Of a stretch of DNA of 64,000 nt, positions 51,755 to 60,826 are shown piece by piece. This DNA is from Chamaesiphon sp. (GTDB taxonomy: Bacteria; Cyanobacteriota; Cyanobacteriia; Cyanobacteriales; Chamaesiphonaceae). Made by a program: the position numbers and the translations under genes. The first letter of the stretch is position 1. Each line of letters begins with the position of its first letter. The stretch lies in the NCBI GenBank assembly GCA_965246715.1, contig CBDFFH010000005.1, positions 64,001 through 128,000 on the forward strand. Reading direction: 5' to 3'. Below the pieces are notes generated by a model. It was not told the origin of the DNA. It saw nothing but the letters and a program-made list of their open reading frames with translations, and ran no database searches.

Positions 51755-52567
51755 ATGGCTACAGACAATAGAGGGGTGATGGTTTACCTGCCATCAGAAG
51801 TAGAAGTGAAGATGGTCGAGTATTGTACTCAGCACAACATCACCCGTAAAGACAAGCAAGGAAATATCGTCACATCATTAGGAAGTGGGATAGTTGCGTA
51901 CCTCAAAAGTCAGTTACTTGGTGACATACCTAGAGTGGTGAGTGACAGACCTACTACTGGATTGACCAGGGAAGAAGTAATAGATTTAATAGCAGAGTCG
52001 AGTACTGGTAACACACCAATCGTTGGCGTAGCCTCTCTTGCGGAGAATCGATCGCCCGATCCATTAGGTGCGGATGTTTTACACCGTCTAGAAACGATCG
52101 AACAACAGCTATCATCGCCTATAGGCATATCGAGAGATGAGGTAGAGCAACTAATTCAATCATCGGAACAGAGAGTGATGGAGGCTGTCCGTAGCCTACA
52201 AGGTGAACTGGCGAAAATTAAAGCCATTGACGAGCGAGTCAGCACTCCCCAGTCCTCAAGCTCCAGACACAGCCAAAAGCGGGCAAGCGAGGATGCTGCG
52301 ATTAACTCGCCAGCTACAGATACCGAATCAATTGGTGCTATACCTGGCAATAAGCCTCCGACTAAAGATATCAAAAGATGGCTAGAACCTTTGAAGGATA
52401 ATAAGTTCAGTGACATTATTCAGACTGCCGTCGCTGAGAAGTTGAGCAATCAGGAGATAGTCACCAGATTGTATGATTCGGGCTATGGGAAGAATAACAA
52501 CACCGAGCCATATCCCCCCAACCTCGCCAGTGCAATGAAGACGGCTCTTTTATTGCTGAATAATTAA
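51755..52567 (+). CDS. Hypothetical protein, possibly DNA-binding
   Basis: 270-aa ORF; RGVMVYLP RHH-like start; repeated G(L/I)(T/S)R(E/D)EV..LI. Confidence 0.65.
   Translation: MATDNRGVMVYLPSEVEVKMVEYCTQHNITRKDKQGNIVTSLGSGIVAYLKSQLLGDIPRVVSDRPTTGLTREEVIDLIAESSTGNTPIVGVASLAENRSPDPLGADVLHRLETIEQQLSSPIGISRDEVEQLIQSSEQRVMEAVRSLQGELAKIKAIDERVSTPQSSSSRHSQKRASEDAAINSPATDTESIGAIPGNKPPTKDIKRWLEPLKDNKFSDIIQTAVAEKLSNQEIVTRLYDSGYGKNNNTEPYPPNLASAMKTALLLLNN
52021..52050. repeat. Short dispersed repeat, copy 3, inside a CDS
   Basis: cgttggcgtagcctctcttgcggagaatcg, translated as VGVASLAENR. Confidence 0.7.
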
Positions 52568-53842
52568 GACAAATCTTGACAGATAAAATCTGCCCTTTCA
52601 TAAGAATTGCGGAAAATAGGTCAAACTACGACTCAGCAGCATCTTTCTTTAAAATGGATGTTTCTGCGGAAATCCATTCAGATGGAATCAATGCAGTACC
52701 ATTGCGCCAACGTTCCACTACAGCTTCTTCATACCAAGTTTCTGCAATATCAGCGTGTTCGGTGATAATTATTTGGAAGTTGGGCTGAAGTTCTTCCACA
52801 ACATCTCTTATCAGCTCAAACATGCGGACGACCGCCGCCCTATCTTCATCACCAAGATCTGTTGCAGACCGTTGTATATTTTGTTCTGCGGGGAAATATA
52901 CCTGCGATGGTTGATCCAAGAATAGAAAATGTGGAACTGGCCTAGACTTTTTGACAAACCACAAATGGAGAGCAAGATGAGCGATCAAATGGCAACCTAC
53001 CCAGTTAGCTCCACTACCCATTCGATCCATGCGGATAGGCCCACCATCGGTATCTGCGACTACTTGTAAATTTCGCAGATCCAATCGAAATGGATTGCCA
53101 CTATGCTCAAGCTCTAGTTGATTTGACCATATAGTCATATCTTTTGAGATAACAGATAAAATCGAGTCCAGACGCTCCTGAAGATTATCGTTACTTAGGT
53201 TTGCCGCTAGCTGTTTTATCTCAGATTGGAGTTTGGAGATCTCTGTTCTTAATTCAGATGAATCAGCAATCTGCGGGAGAGTTTCGAGAAATAAGCTAAT
53301 TCTTCCAATTACATAAGCCCTACGAGAAGAATTATGTCTTAGTTCCATTAATCTATCATCTGCATCTCGTAAGGCTTCAAGGACACTTCTATTCTCCCGC
53401 AACAGTCTCTTTGTATCAGTAATCTTCTGTTCTTGATCGATTATTAACATCTCTAGACCTGGAGTGTGCCTGATAACTTGGTCGAGTTGTTTTGATGCTG
53501 TTTGTAGCTCTACTTCTAGAGTGTTGAATGATGGAATATCTGTAGGCCGATCGCATAATGGACAGCAAGGTTGCTCTGCAACATTAAAAAGTTGAAGACT
53601 TGTAAGTCGAGAAACCTGCTCTCCAACTTCTTTTTCAAAACTGCCTTTATCGGAAAGTAGAATTTTCATACCCTCTAAATCATCCTTTTGCCGAGCAAGT
53701 TGCTCTCGGAGATCTGTGCGTTCATCATTTAGTCTTAAAAGTTCTGATTGATCGATACTCTGTTCGTAGCGAGTGAGCTGTTCTTCCGGTGAAGTCTTTA
53801 TCACTGTACTTAGTAATTCAATGGCCGCACCCCAAGAATCTG

Positions 53843-55257
53843 GGTTCTACCGAACTTACTATGCTAAATCAAGGATTGAAATGCCATGCTAGCAAACTTC
53901 TGATCTGAAAATTCTCAAAATTTCTAAACCCATATCCCATTCTTTTTATTAGCTTGAGTTTATTGTTAATTCCTTCGACGACTCCTTGAGTTGTTCTATT
54001 ATCAAAATAGGCAATTATTTCACCAATCCATCTTTTAATAGTTCCACAACTCTTGGGGAATTTCCCACAAGCATTCTTGAGCCAGTCACACAAGCTTATT
54101 AGCCCATTTCCCCAATCTGTTTTTGATTCAAATATATCTCTAAATAACTCTTTTGTTTTGTGCATTGCTGCTAATTCTGGAAAAACGTCTCCAATCTCTT
54201 TCAACTTCTCTTTTTGCAATTCATTCAAATCCGCTTCGTTTTTGAGTATTGCATATTTACTGTGAGTTAATGCTGCTAATTTCTTGTTCTTTTCATCTTT
54301 GTTCTTCACCCTCTCAGCCTCTCTTTTGATTTTAATTCTCTCTCGATCTAACTCTTCATTTATCTGTTTCATTACATGAAATCTGTCTCCAACCACTTCA
54401 GCATTTGGTATCAATTCATTTACCAGACTTTTGTATGATGAAAATAGATCGATACTTACTTCTGTAATTTGGTTCAAAACCTCCGAACCCCAAGACTTCA
54501 AGCACTCACCAATACATTCTTGAGTCCTTTTTGGTAAGATGGCTATTAACTCTCTTTTTTCTAGATCTACTAACACCGCACAATAGTTTTTTTGCCCTTT
54601 AACAAAGGCAATTTCATCAATTCCTAGTCTGGTTAAATTCTCTGGCTTTTTTTGCACTAGATTTACCCCAGCTTTTTTGATTATTGTCTCCACTTCTTGC
54701 TCACTTAATCCATTTCTTTTGGCAACACTTTTAATATCACTAGCTAGACTCTCTTCGACAATCTTCTGCTTCATTCGCTCGGTGAAATGACTTCTCTTTT
54801 TGATGAAATTTAATTCCTCACTGAATTTTCGACCACAACTCATACACTTGAATTGACGACGATTAATTTTAAGGTAAACATCATGTTCACCGAATGGTAG
54901 ATCTCTCACTGTTAATTGGTGATTCTCATGAAGTTTATTACTTTCAGTTCCACAATGAGGACACACTGCTTTTAATTGCTGATTTTCTAGATAAATAAAA
55001 TAACCGATTTCATCTAAGATCTTATAAGCAGTGACGGTCATTCCGTCGATATTAAGAATTTCATTAATGGTTTTTAGTTGCGATTTGGATGACATAATGC
55101 AATTCAAGCTTATTTGTTGCCAGAAATCAAGATCTTACTATTCTATAATAAAATCTGTCATTTATGCTGCACCAAGCTTCCATAACTCAAAATTATCAAT
55201 TTTGTCAATTAAACTTGATTCTTATCCACTACTTAGCATAGCAAGTTCGGTAGAGCC
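53843..55257 (-). mobile_element. ISL3-family element, apparently intact
   Basis: IRs GG(T/C)TCTACCGAACTT(A/G)CTATGCTAA; 8-bp TSD AGAATCTG at 53835-53842 and 55258-55265. Confidence 0.95.
53869..55107 (-). CDS. ISL3 transposase
   Basis: CPHCG..VRDLP..RRQFKC..C, LGIDE, VSIDL, DRFHV, TQGVVEGINNKLKLIKR.GYGFRNF. Confidence 0.95.
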   Translation of the reverse strand: MNCIMSSKSQLKTINEILNIDGMTVTAYKILDEIGYFIYLENQQLKAVCPHCGTESNKLHENHQLTVRDLPFGEHDVYLKINRRQFKCMSCGRKFSEELNFIKKRSHFTERMKQKIVEESLASDIKSVAKRNGLSEQEVETIIKKAGVNLVQKKPENLTRLGIDEIAFVKGQKNYCAVLVDLEKRELIAILPKRTQECIGECLKSWGSEVLNQITEVSIDLFSSYKSLVNELIPNAEVVGDRFHVMKQINEELDRERIKIKREAERVKNKDEKNKKLAALTHSKYAILKNEADLNELQKEKLKEIGDVFPELAAMHKTKELFRDIFESKTDWGNGLISLCDWLKNACGKFPKSCGTIKRWIGEIIAYFDNRTTQGVVEGINNKLKLIKRMGYGFRNFENFQIRSLLAWHFNP

Positions 55258-56018
55258 AGAATCTGGAGCTTCATCTAAAGCCAATAGTCCAACATCTCGC
55301 CCTTCTGAAAGCAGTGCAGATGCTTCACTAATTCCTCCACTTGCCATAGATTCAAGTCGAGCTAGTGCAAGTTCCTGTTTCTGCAATGAACGACGTAGTT
55401 CTCTAAGTCTTGCTTTCTCAGCCATATAGTTTTCATCTACTACTCCGAGAAAGTATGGCAACGTATCTTTGATTGCTTGTGCAGTCCAATTATCGCTTTG
55501 TTTATGAAATAGAAAACCAGGCTGGCTAATTTCATGTTGAGGCTGGAATGCGAAGATAAGCGCATGTCTGAGTGTTGTCGTTAGGGGAGGTCGGGTTTGT
55601 CCATCAGGAGGTTCATGAACACTGAGATCGATACCGACAATACCTTTCAATTGCTCAATCAGAGTTTCAATGTTAGTTGTAACAGAGAGCCGATCTGCGG
55701 GAGGAATGGTTATTGTTGAACCCACCATATAGTAAGCTCCTGAGTTGCTTACTTTTCCAGGATCTGGTGCGCGACGTGCAATGAAATACTCGGCAGAACC
55801 ATCAGTAAGTCGGAGTGCATACCAGCCAACACTATTTCTAATAACTCCTTCTGGGACAGCACATGATGAGCTGCCCAGGCAGTAATCAACTATGCCAATC
55901 AAAGCAGATTTTCCTGTTTTCGAGTCCCCTGTAATTATATTGATTGCACCAGGACGAAGTGACAACAGACGGCGTTCACCCTGCAATGAATACAGGATAA
56001 TATCAAGGATCTGAATAC

Positions 56019-56519
56019 TCAAGGAGCAACCCCCCAGAGAGCCATGATGGTTGAGTATTCACCGGAGGATGCAAACCATTTGCCCACGAACTTAGCCTTT
56101 TTCATACAATCATTAACTTCCTCTGAAGCCTGTGTCAAGAAACTGTTCATCGAACGCGGTCGTGTTGCCGCAAGGATTTGTGAGGAAGATAATTCAATTA
56201 ACTTACCATTTGCACCAAATAGTATACCTTCTTTGATCAGAGGTACCAAGGCTGTTGCTCGTTCCGCGAAGCGAACATGAGCCTGTGGATTTTGGACAAG
56301 CCAAGTAGCCATAGATGTTCTGGTTGTTCTCGGCAAACTTTCTCGCGTAGCCTTGTGTAGAGTCACAGGCATTGCAATGAATGTTAAAGGATAAGGAATG
56401 CCTCGTTCCGTGACACTGCTATATCCTTCACTACAAGACCAAAGCAGTGCGGCAAGAAACGCGGGATTAAGAAGTCGAGCTTGCTCGACGGATCTATCTG
56501 ACCATATAGGAGTACTCAT
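56019..56519 (-). CDS. ABC three-component system middle component (DdmB/LmuC-like)
   Basis: LLNPAFLA, P.TLHK.TRESLP, WF..G...TI..LWGVAP; 4-bp overlaps with both neighbours. Confidence 0.82.
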   Translation of the reverse strand: MSTPIWSDRSVEQARLLNPAFLAALLWSCSEGYSSVTERGIPYPLTFIAMPVTLHKATRESLPRTTRTSMATWLVQNPQAHVRFAERATALVPLIKEGILFGANGKLIELSSSQILAATRPRSMNSFLTQASEEVNDCMKKAKFVGKWFASSGEYSTIMALWGVAP

Positions 56520-57727
56520 GTGACCCCCTTCGGCTCAAGAATCTGCTGAAGATGCTGCATGAATTCAGGATGCCACCCAACTTTTAGCCGATCGGATAGC
56601 ATGTGAAATGACCCCCTGGTCATGCTTGGATGCTGGACTTGGGAACGAATTGGAAAAGAACTGTTTTCAACCCAAGCATAGATCTTTCGAGCAACTTCTC
56701 GCTTGATTTCCTCAGATTCGTTCTCACCAAGCTCATCAGATATGCGGTCAAACTGAAGCTCCCATTCCTCTCGTAGCAATTGCTCATACCTATCGAGTTC
56801 ACCAACTAACACCAGATCCTCTCGCACCCATCGGGATCGTTGTTCAAAGGCACGGTAGTAGTCCCGAATCGCGGCGAAGATTCGTTTATTGCCAATACCA
56901 ACCATTCTCACCTGATGGACAAAAACAGCATCTTCGTAAGCTGTCACGTCAACATCAGCACTCAAAATATCCTGATCTACAGGAAGAGCATCAGGATTAA
57001 ACTGCTCACGAAGAATATCAAATTCGCCTTCAATTTCGCTGCTAAGGATTGGAGATGAACTTGAGTCGTTCAATTGCCTAATCACTCGCTGATACCACCA
57101 ACCTTCGAGCCTTGTTAGAAAAGAGTCAAGATGGTTGCGTCGCACTGCGAGGCGAGCCTCTGAGCGAAGAGCGTCCTCAACACGAACAATATTTGGTGCA
57201 TTGGGAAATATGACAACAGAACCGATCAGTGCTGCTTGCTCATCTGGTTGAAGGCACCGAAATAGCTTATACGCTGGTTCATTCTTCTGGTTGCTAGAGG
57301 TATTTACTGTTGCTCGTAACCGATCGAGAGCCTTCACTTCATCGCGATTATCGATCGTCAGATAGCTAGCTGAAGAACCTTCACCAACTTTACTAGTCGT
57401 AATCAAATACAGCTTTGCATCTTTAGGAATTTTTTGATTTTCTCGACCCTCAATCCAAACTCGTAAACTCTTCCATATGTCAGGACTCGCATCAGTCAAG
57501 CTTGCTGCACGATCGCAGTGATGCTTCATCTGCAACAACTCGGATGCCGAGCCATCACGATCGAAGACAACATCATCAAGTGTCTCCAGGTAGGCTGCAA
57601 ATTCTTCATTTTGAGCAAGACGTTGAAGAGATGATAGCAACGCCCACCTCACTTGGTATAAGTACCCAAGTGCAGCATCGGTAGCGGAAAAATCAGTCTG
57701 TGTTTGTGAGTTTGAAGCCACTAGCAT
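56516..57727 (-). CDS. ABC three-component effector with Cap4/DUF4297-like nuclease (DdmA/LmuA-like)
   Basis: A.DAALGYLYQ, E.LDDV, LLQMKHH, LTD.S.DIWKSL.VW; C-terminal RGSFHMLSD.LKVGWHP. Confidence 0.85.
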   Translation of the reverse strand: MLVASNSQTQTDFSATDAALGYLYQVRWALLSSLQRLAQNEEFAAYLETLDDVVFDRDGSASELLQMKHHCDRAASLTDASPDIWKSLRVWIEGRENQKIPKDAKLYLITTSKVGEGSSASYLTIDNRDEVKALDRLRATVNTSSNQKNEPAYKLFRCLQPDEQAALIGSVVIFPNAPNIVRVEDALRSEARLAVRRNHLDSFLTRLEGWWYQRVIRQLNDSSSSPILSSEIEGEFDILREQFNPDALPVDQDILSADVDVTAYEDAVFVHQVRMVGIGNKRIFAAIRDYYRAFEQRSRWVREDLVLVGELDRYEQLLREEWELQFDRISDELGENESEEIKREVARKIYAWVENSSFPIRSQVQHPSMTRGSFHMLSDRLKVGWHPEFMQHLQQILEPKGVT

Positions 57728-57993
57728 CTCCCTCTTGTATTGAGGTGTTCATGGGAAGAGTAATTGCTTTTCTAGATTTCTAAATATCCCATTACTGGCT
57801 CCCACCGTATGAAATATTGTAGCAGGAGAACCGCAGCGATTGGTACATATGTAATGACACAAGGCTAAAATTGCCTTACTACAGGTTGATACCAGTAACT
57901 AGTAACTCTGTTGTCATTAAACTCGATCGTATGTCTAAACTTATTTTGAGAAGGTGTCATCGGCTCTATTGTCTCAGTTCGTTTGCAAAAATC

Positions 57994-58230
57994 TCACTGG
58001 AAATTTTCAGAGATTTTTTTTAACAAAGCCTTCCTCTCTCGCCCCAACTGAGACAAGAATTCTCTCATTACCTTCGATCGCAATCCATGTTTAAGCGAGT
58101 TTCGGGCGGCTTTTGCCTTTCCGACCGGGCTGGTTGGCCCCGTCGAGCGTTCCCACGGACGCTGCTGGTAGATCGATAACTTCATGCGAGAACTCTGCTG
58201 TTTCCGTGCTTCCAAATTCCACCTTGGCAT
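57994..58230 (-). CDS. Small basic protein with STGP..GK...NSLKHG motif (HGGxSTG-related)
   Basis: PWERSTGPTSPVGKAKAARNSLKHGLRS; overlaps the upstream ORF by 140 bp. Confidence 0.65.
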   Translation of the reverse strand: MPRWNLEARKQQSSRMKLSIYQQRPWERSTGPTSPVGKAKAARNSLKHGLRSKVMREFLSQLGRERKALLKKISENFQ

Positions 58231-58756
58231 AGGGTCGATCCTCCAATTGTTTCTGTAGTTCTTCAGTCTTCGTTACTAATTGATTCACCTGCTGCGCGAT
58301 CGCATTCTTGATGAACACCGTCTTCGGTTTAGGATTTTTGATGTCGTGAATTGTCTGTAACGTCTTCCGCGCCTGCTCCTGCGCTTTCATCGCCGCCTCT
58401 GAATAGGTCACAAACTGGTTGCTATTGGTTGTCAGAGTAGCCATCTGCATATATCGATTAAATGCCGCGTTGAGGATAGCCACCTGCCCATAGAGCAATT
58501 CAGTCACCGCCATAGCTTCATCGGTCATCAATGCTGTTGTTTGAGCCTCGATCGCTTCCTGAATCTGTAAAGTCTGTTCGGTGCCAGTCTGCTTTTCAGA
58601 CCCATGAATCAACAGATTGAGGGTATGTGCCGCCCCAAAGCTGGGATCTGCAACTCCCAGCATCTGAAGATCCAAGAGAACCTGACCTTTTTCGTTACAG
58701 GGCAGAACTCCAAACTTGTCAATATATTGCTGGGCTAATTTATCTTTCATGTTCAT
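58091..58756 (-). CDS. Hypothetical mobile-element protein
   Basis: ELLYGQVAILNAAF, AMKAQEQARKTLQTI.DIKNPK..FIK; GAGGAG RBS; co-oriented with the polymerase gene. Confidence 0.7.
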   Translation of the reverse strand: MNMKDKLAQQYIDKFGVLPCNEKGQVLLDLQMLGVADPSFGAAHTLNLLIHGSEKQTGTEQTLQIQEAIEAQTTALMTDEAMAVTELLYGQVAILNAAFNRYMQMATLTTNSNQFVTYSEAAMKAQEQARKTLQTIHDIKNPKPKTVFIKNAIAQQVNQLVTKTEELQKQLEDRPYAKVEFGSTETAEFSHEVIDLPAASVGTLDGANQPGRKGKSRPKLA

Positions 58757-58767
58757 CTCCTCGATGA

Positions 58768-60765
58768 TTAATGGAATGGTGTTTTGAGCTGAATTGGGGA
58801 AGATTGAGGCATAACCACTGTCGTCTTTTCGATCCCCAGAATAGATCGATATGCTGTATCTAGTAGACCGACATAGTGCTCCGCCCAGTATGGCTCGGTA
58901 GTAGTTTCTAGGGGATAACTGGCAAGCACTTTACCCGTTTTGGAATGGCAACGCTTACCTTCCGTAAGCCAGTAGCTCACACGATCTCCTGGCTTGCCAA
59001 TGCCCAGTTCTACCAAATTCTTCTCCGCAGAGCCGATTTTCCGATTGATAGTCAGATCGGCTACATCGATCCGGCGATCGATTAATAACGACCGAGTCTG
59101 GTGGTAATATTCATCAGCCGCTTGGGGCGATTCAATAAAATAGAGCCGCAGGAATTCGATCGGGAATTTATTCTCCAAGGGGTAACGATTCCGCTTTCTG
59201 AATAGTCCCTTAACCGTAGTTTTACCACTGGGATGAACGATCACATAGCTCTTAGCTTTGGGTGCATATAAACCGCAATCAGTTAGCTCTAGATCGATGT
59301 TGATCCCAGTAGGCAACGACCCAGAAACAAGCTCCTTAACTGTCTCTGGGTCATTATGACTAAATAACACCCCGTCGGTATCAATCTCGATCACTACGCC
59401 ACCGCAACTAGTTACCACTTCAACCATCAGATCCAAGATCTTCCGCCCGTAGGCGGTCACTAGAGCCGCCGCTTCGTAATCATTGAAAGTATAGAAACCA
59501 GTCCCCATAAACCCATATGAGCCGTTAATCAGAATCTTCAGCGATTTCTCTTGAAATGCTGCCGATTTGTCCCCAGATTTAGCCAATGCTTTGAGTTTTA
59601 ACCGTGCATCAACCATGTAAGCCAGTGCCCCCAGAAACTTATTCCCGTTATCTTTGCGACTACAGATCCCATATCTGAGCATGATCGAAGGATAGAGACT
59701 GGATACATCGATTTTGGCAACTTGCTGGTGTAGCCCTGGTGCCACTAGTTCGACCTTCCCACCATCATATTTAAGCGGCTCATCCGATTGAGGATTCAGC
59801 CGAGGTAATAATTTCTCGTGAATCTTCTGAGCTTTGAGTGCTGGCGAGGCGATCGCAATTTGCTGGAATGACAGCGCAGGCACATAAGCCAATTGATAGT
59901 ACACGACTGGTAACAGAAATTCAGCGAGTAGTTGCGTATCATCGAGATCGAATTTCAGATAATTCTCGATCGTCTCAGTATCGCCCGATTCCCAGCACTC
60001 GCGAATCTGGTTGACAGATAGTTCTAATCGTCTGTCATCTCTTAGCCCCAGTGCAATAACACTAGATTTGAGGTCATATCGATCGAGTCTTGCAGCTTGC
60101 TTATCCCAAATAGCGATCTGTTGGTAGGTATCGAGAATGTTAACACCACTCCAATAAATCGGAGTAAATTCGATTGGCTTACCATTCACAGTTGAAGAAG
60201 TGATCCGGCTGGTTTTATTACCCTTGCGGAACAGTTGAGAGATATTATGAACCCGACAGCGATCGGCTAAAAAGGGCAAATCGAAGTTAATCAGGTTATG
60301 ACCGATCAGGCATTCTGGTTGATGTTGCTTGAGGTGCTTGATCGTTCGAGCAAGCAGCGTCTTCTCATCTGGGTCTTTCAGGATAGTTATCTCTCCTTGA
60401 TTGTTAAGCAACCCAACCATTAATACTCGATCTGTTTTGGGATTTAACCCAGTCGTTTCGATATCAATGTAAATCTTAGTCAATTCCTCATAGGGTTTGA
60501 GTTTTACGGATGGCTGCCACTGGGGAATAAGTGTCTGGGGTTGATAATCGAGGGACAACCGATCGAGGTCAACTTCGACGCGCTCGCTAGTAATAGTGAC
60601 AGCATTCCGAGGATTGGGATGTAAAATCTCAACCACTCGATCCCGATTGATTATTTTCAAGTTTCCATCATCATCGGCGATAACTATTCTGACACCATGT
60701 ACCTTCAAAACCTCCCTGCTCAAGCCCTTAGCACTAGTAACGATCGATCCTACTACAATGTTCAT
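58768..60765 (-). CDS. Family B DNA polymerase with 3'-5' exonuclease
   Basis: ExoI DIETTG, ExoII GHNLINFDLPFL, ExoIII YLKFD; motif A DVSSLYPS, motif B KILINGSYG, motif C IDTDG. Confidence 0.92.
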   Translation of the reverse strand: MNIVVGSIVTSAKGLSREVLKVHGVRIVIADDDGNLKIINRDRVVEILHPNPRNAVTITSERVEVDLDRLSLDYQPQTLIPQWQPSVKLKPYEELTKIYIDIETTGLNPKTDRVLMVGLLNNQGEITILKDPDEKTLLARTIKHLKQHQPECLIGHNLINFDLPFLADRCRVHNISQLFRKGNKTSRITSSTVNGKPIEFTPIYWSGVNILDTYQQIAIWDKQAARLDRYDLKSSVIALGLRDDRRLELSVNQIRECWESGDTETIENYLKFDLDDTQLLAEFLLPVVYYQLAYVPALSFQQIAIASPALKAQKIHEKLLPRLNPQSDEPLKYDGGKVELVAPGLHQQVAKIDVSSLYPSIMLRYGICSRKDNGNKFLGALAYMVDARLKLKALAKSGDKSAAFQEKSLKILINGSYGFMGTGFYTFNDYEAAALVTAYGRKILDLMVEVVTSCGGVVIEIDTDGVLFSHNDPETVKELVSGSLPTGINIDLELTDCGLYAPKAKSYVIVHPSGKTTVKGLFRKRNRYPLENKFPIEFLRLYFIESPQAADEYYHQTRSLLIDRRIDVADLTINRKIGSAEKNLVELGIGKPGDRVSYWLTEGKRCHSKTGKVLASYPLETTTEPYWAEHYVGLLDTAYRSILGIEKTTVVMPQSSPIQLKTPFH

Positions 60766-60826
60766 TTAATCCTCCAGTTCAATTGCTCCGTCGTAGTTTG
60801 CATCTCATTCAATCCGCGTAATTAGC

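Larger units (their letters stand above)
52626..56022 (-). pseudogene. DUF3732 SMC-like ABC ATPase (DdmC/LmuB-like) split by ISL3
   Basis: ITGDSKTGKS Walker A, FQPQ Q-loop, CPLC hook, MGSGANW signature, FLFLDQPSQVYFP Walker B, IITEHA; removing IS and TSD restores a 657-aa frame. Confidence 0.9.

Noticed and set aside
55222..56022. Stand-alone 266-aa ATPase and separate 392-aa protein at 52626-53804
   Set aside because: They are two halves of one gene split by ISL3; the last residues of the first come from the IS end
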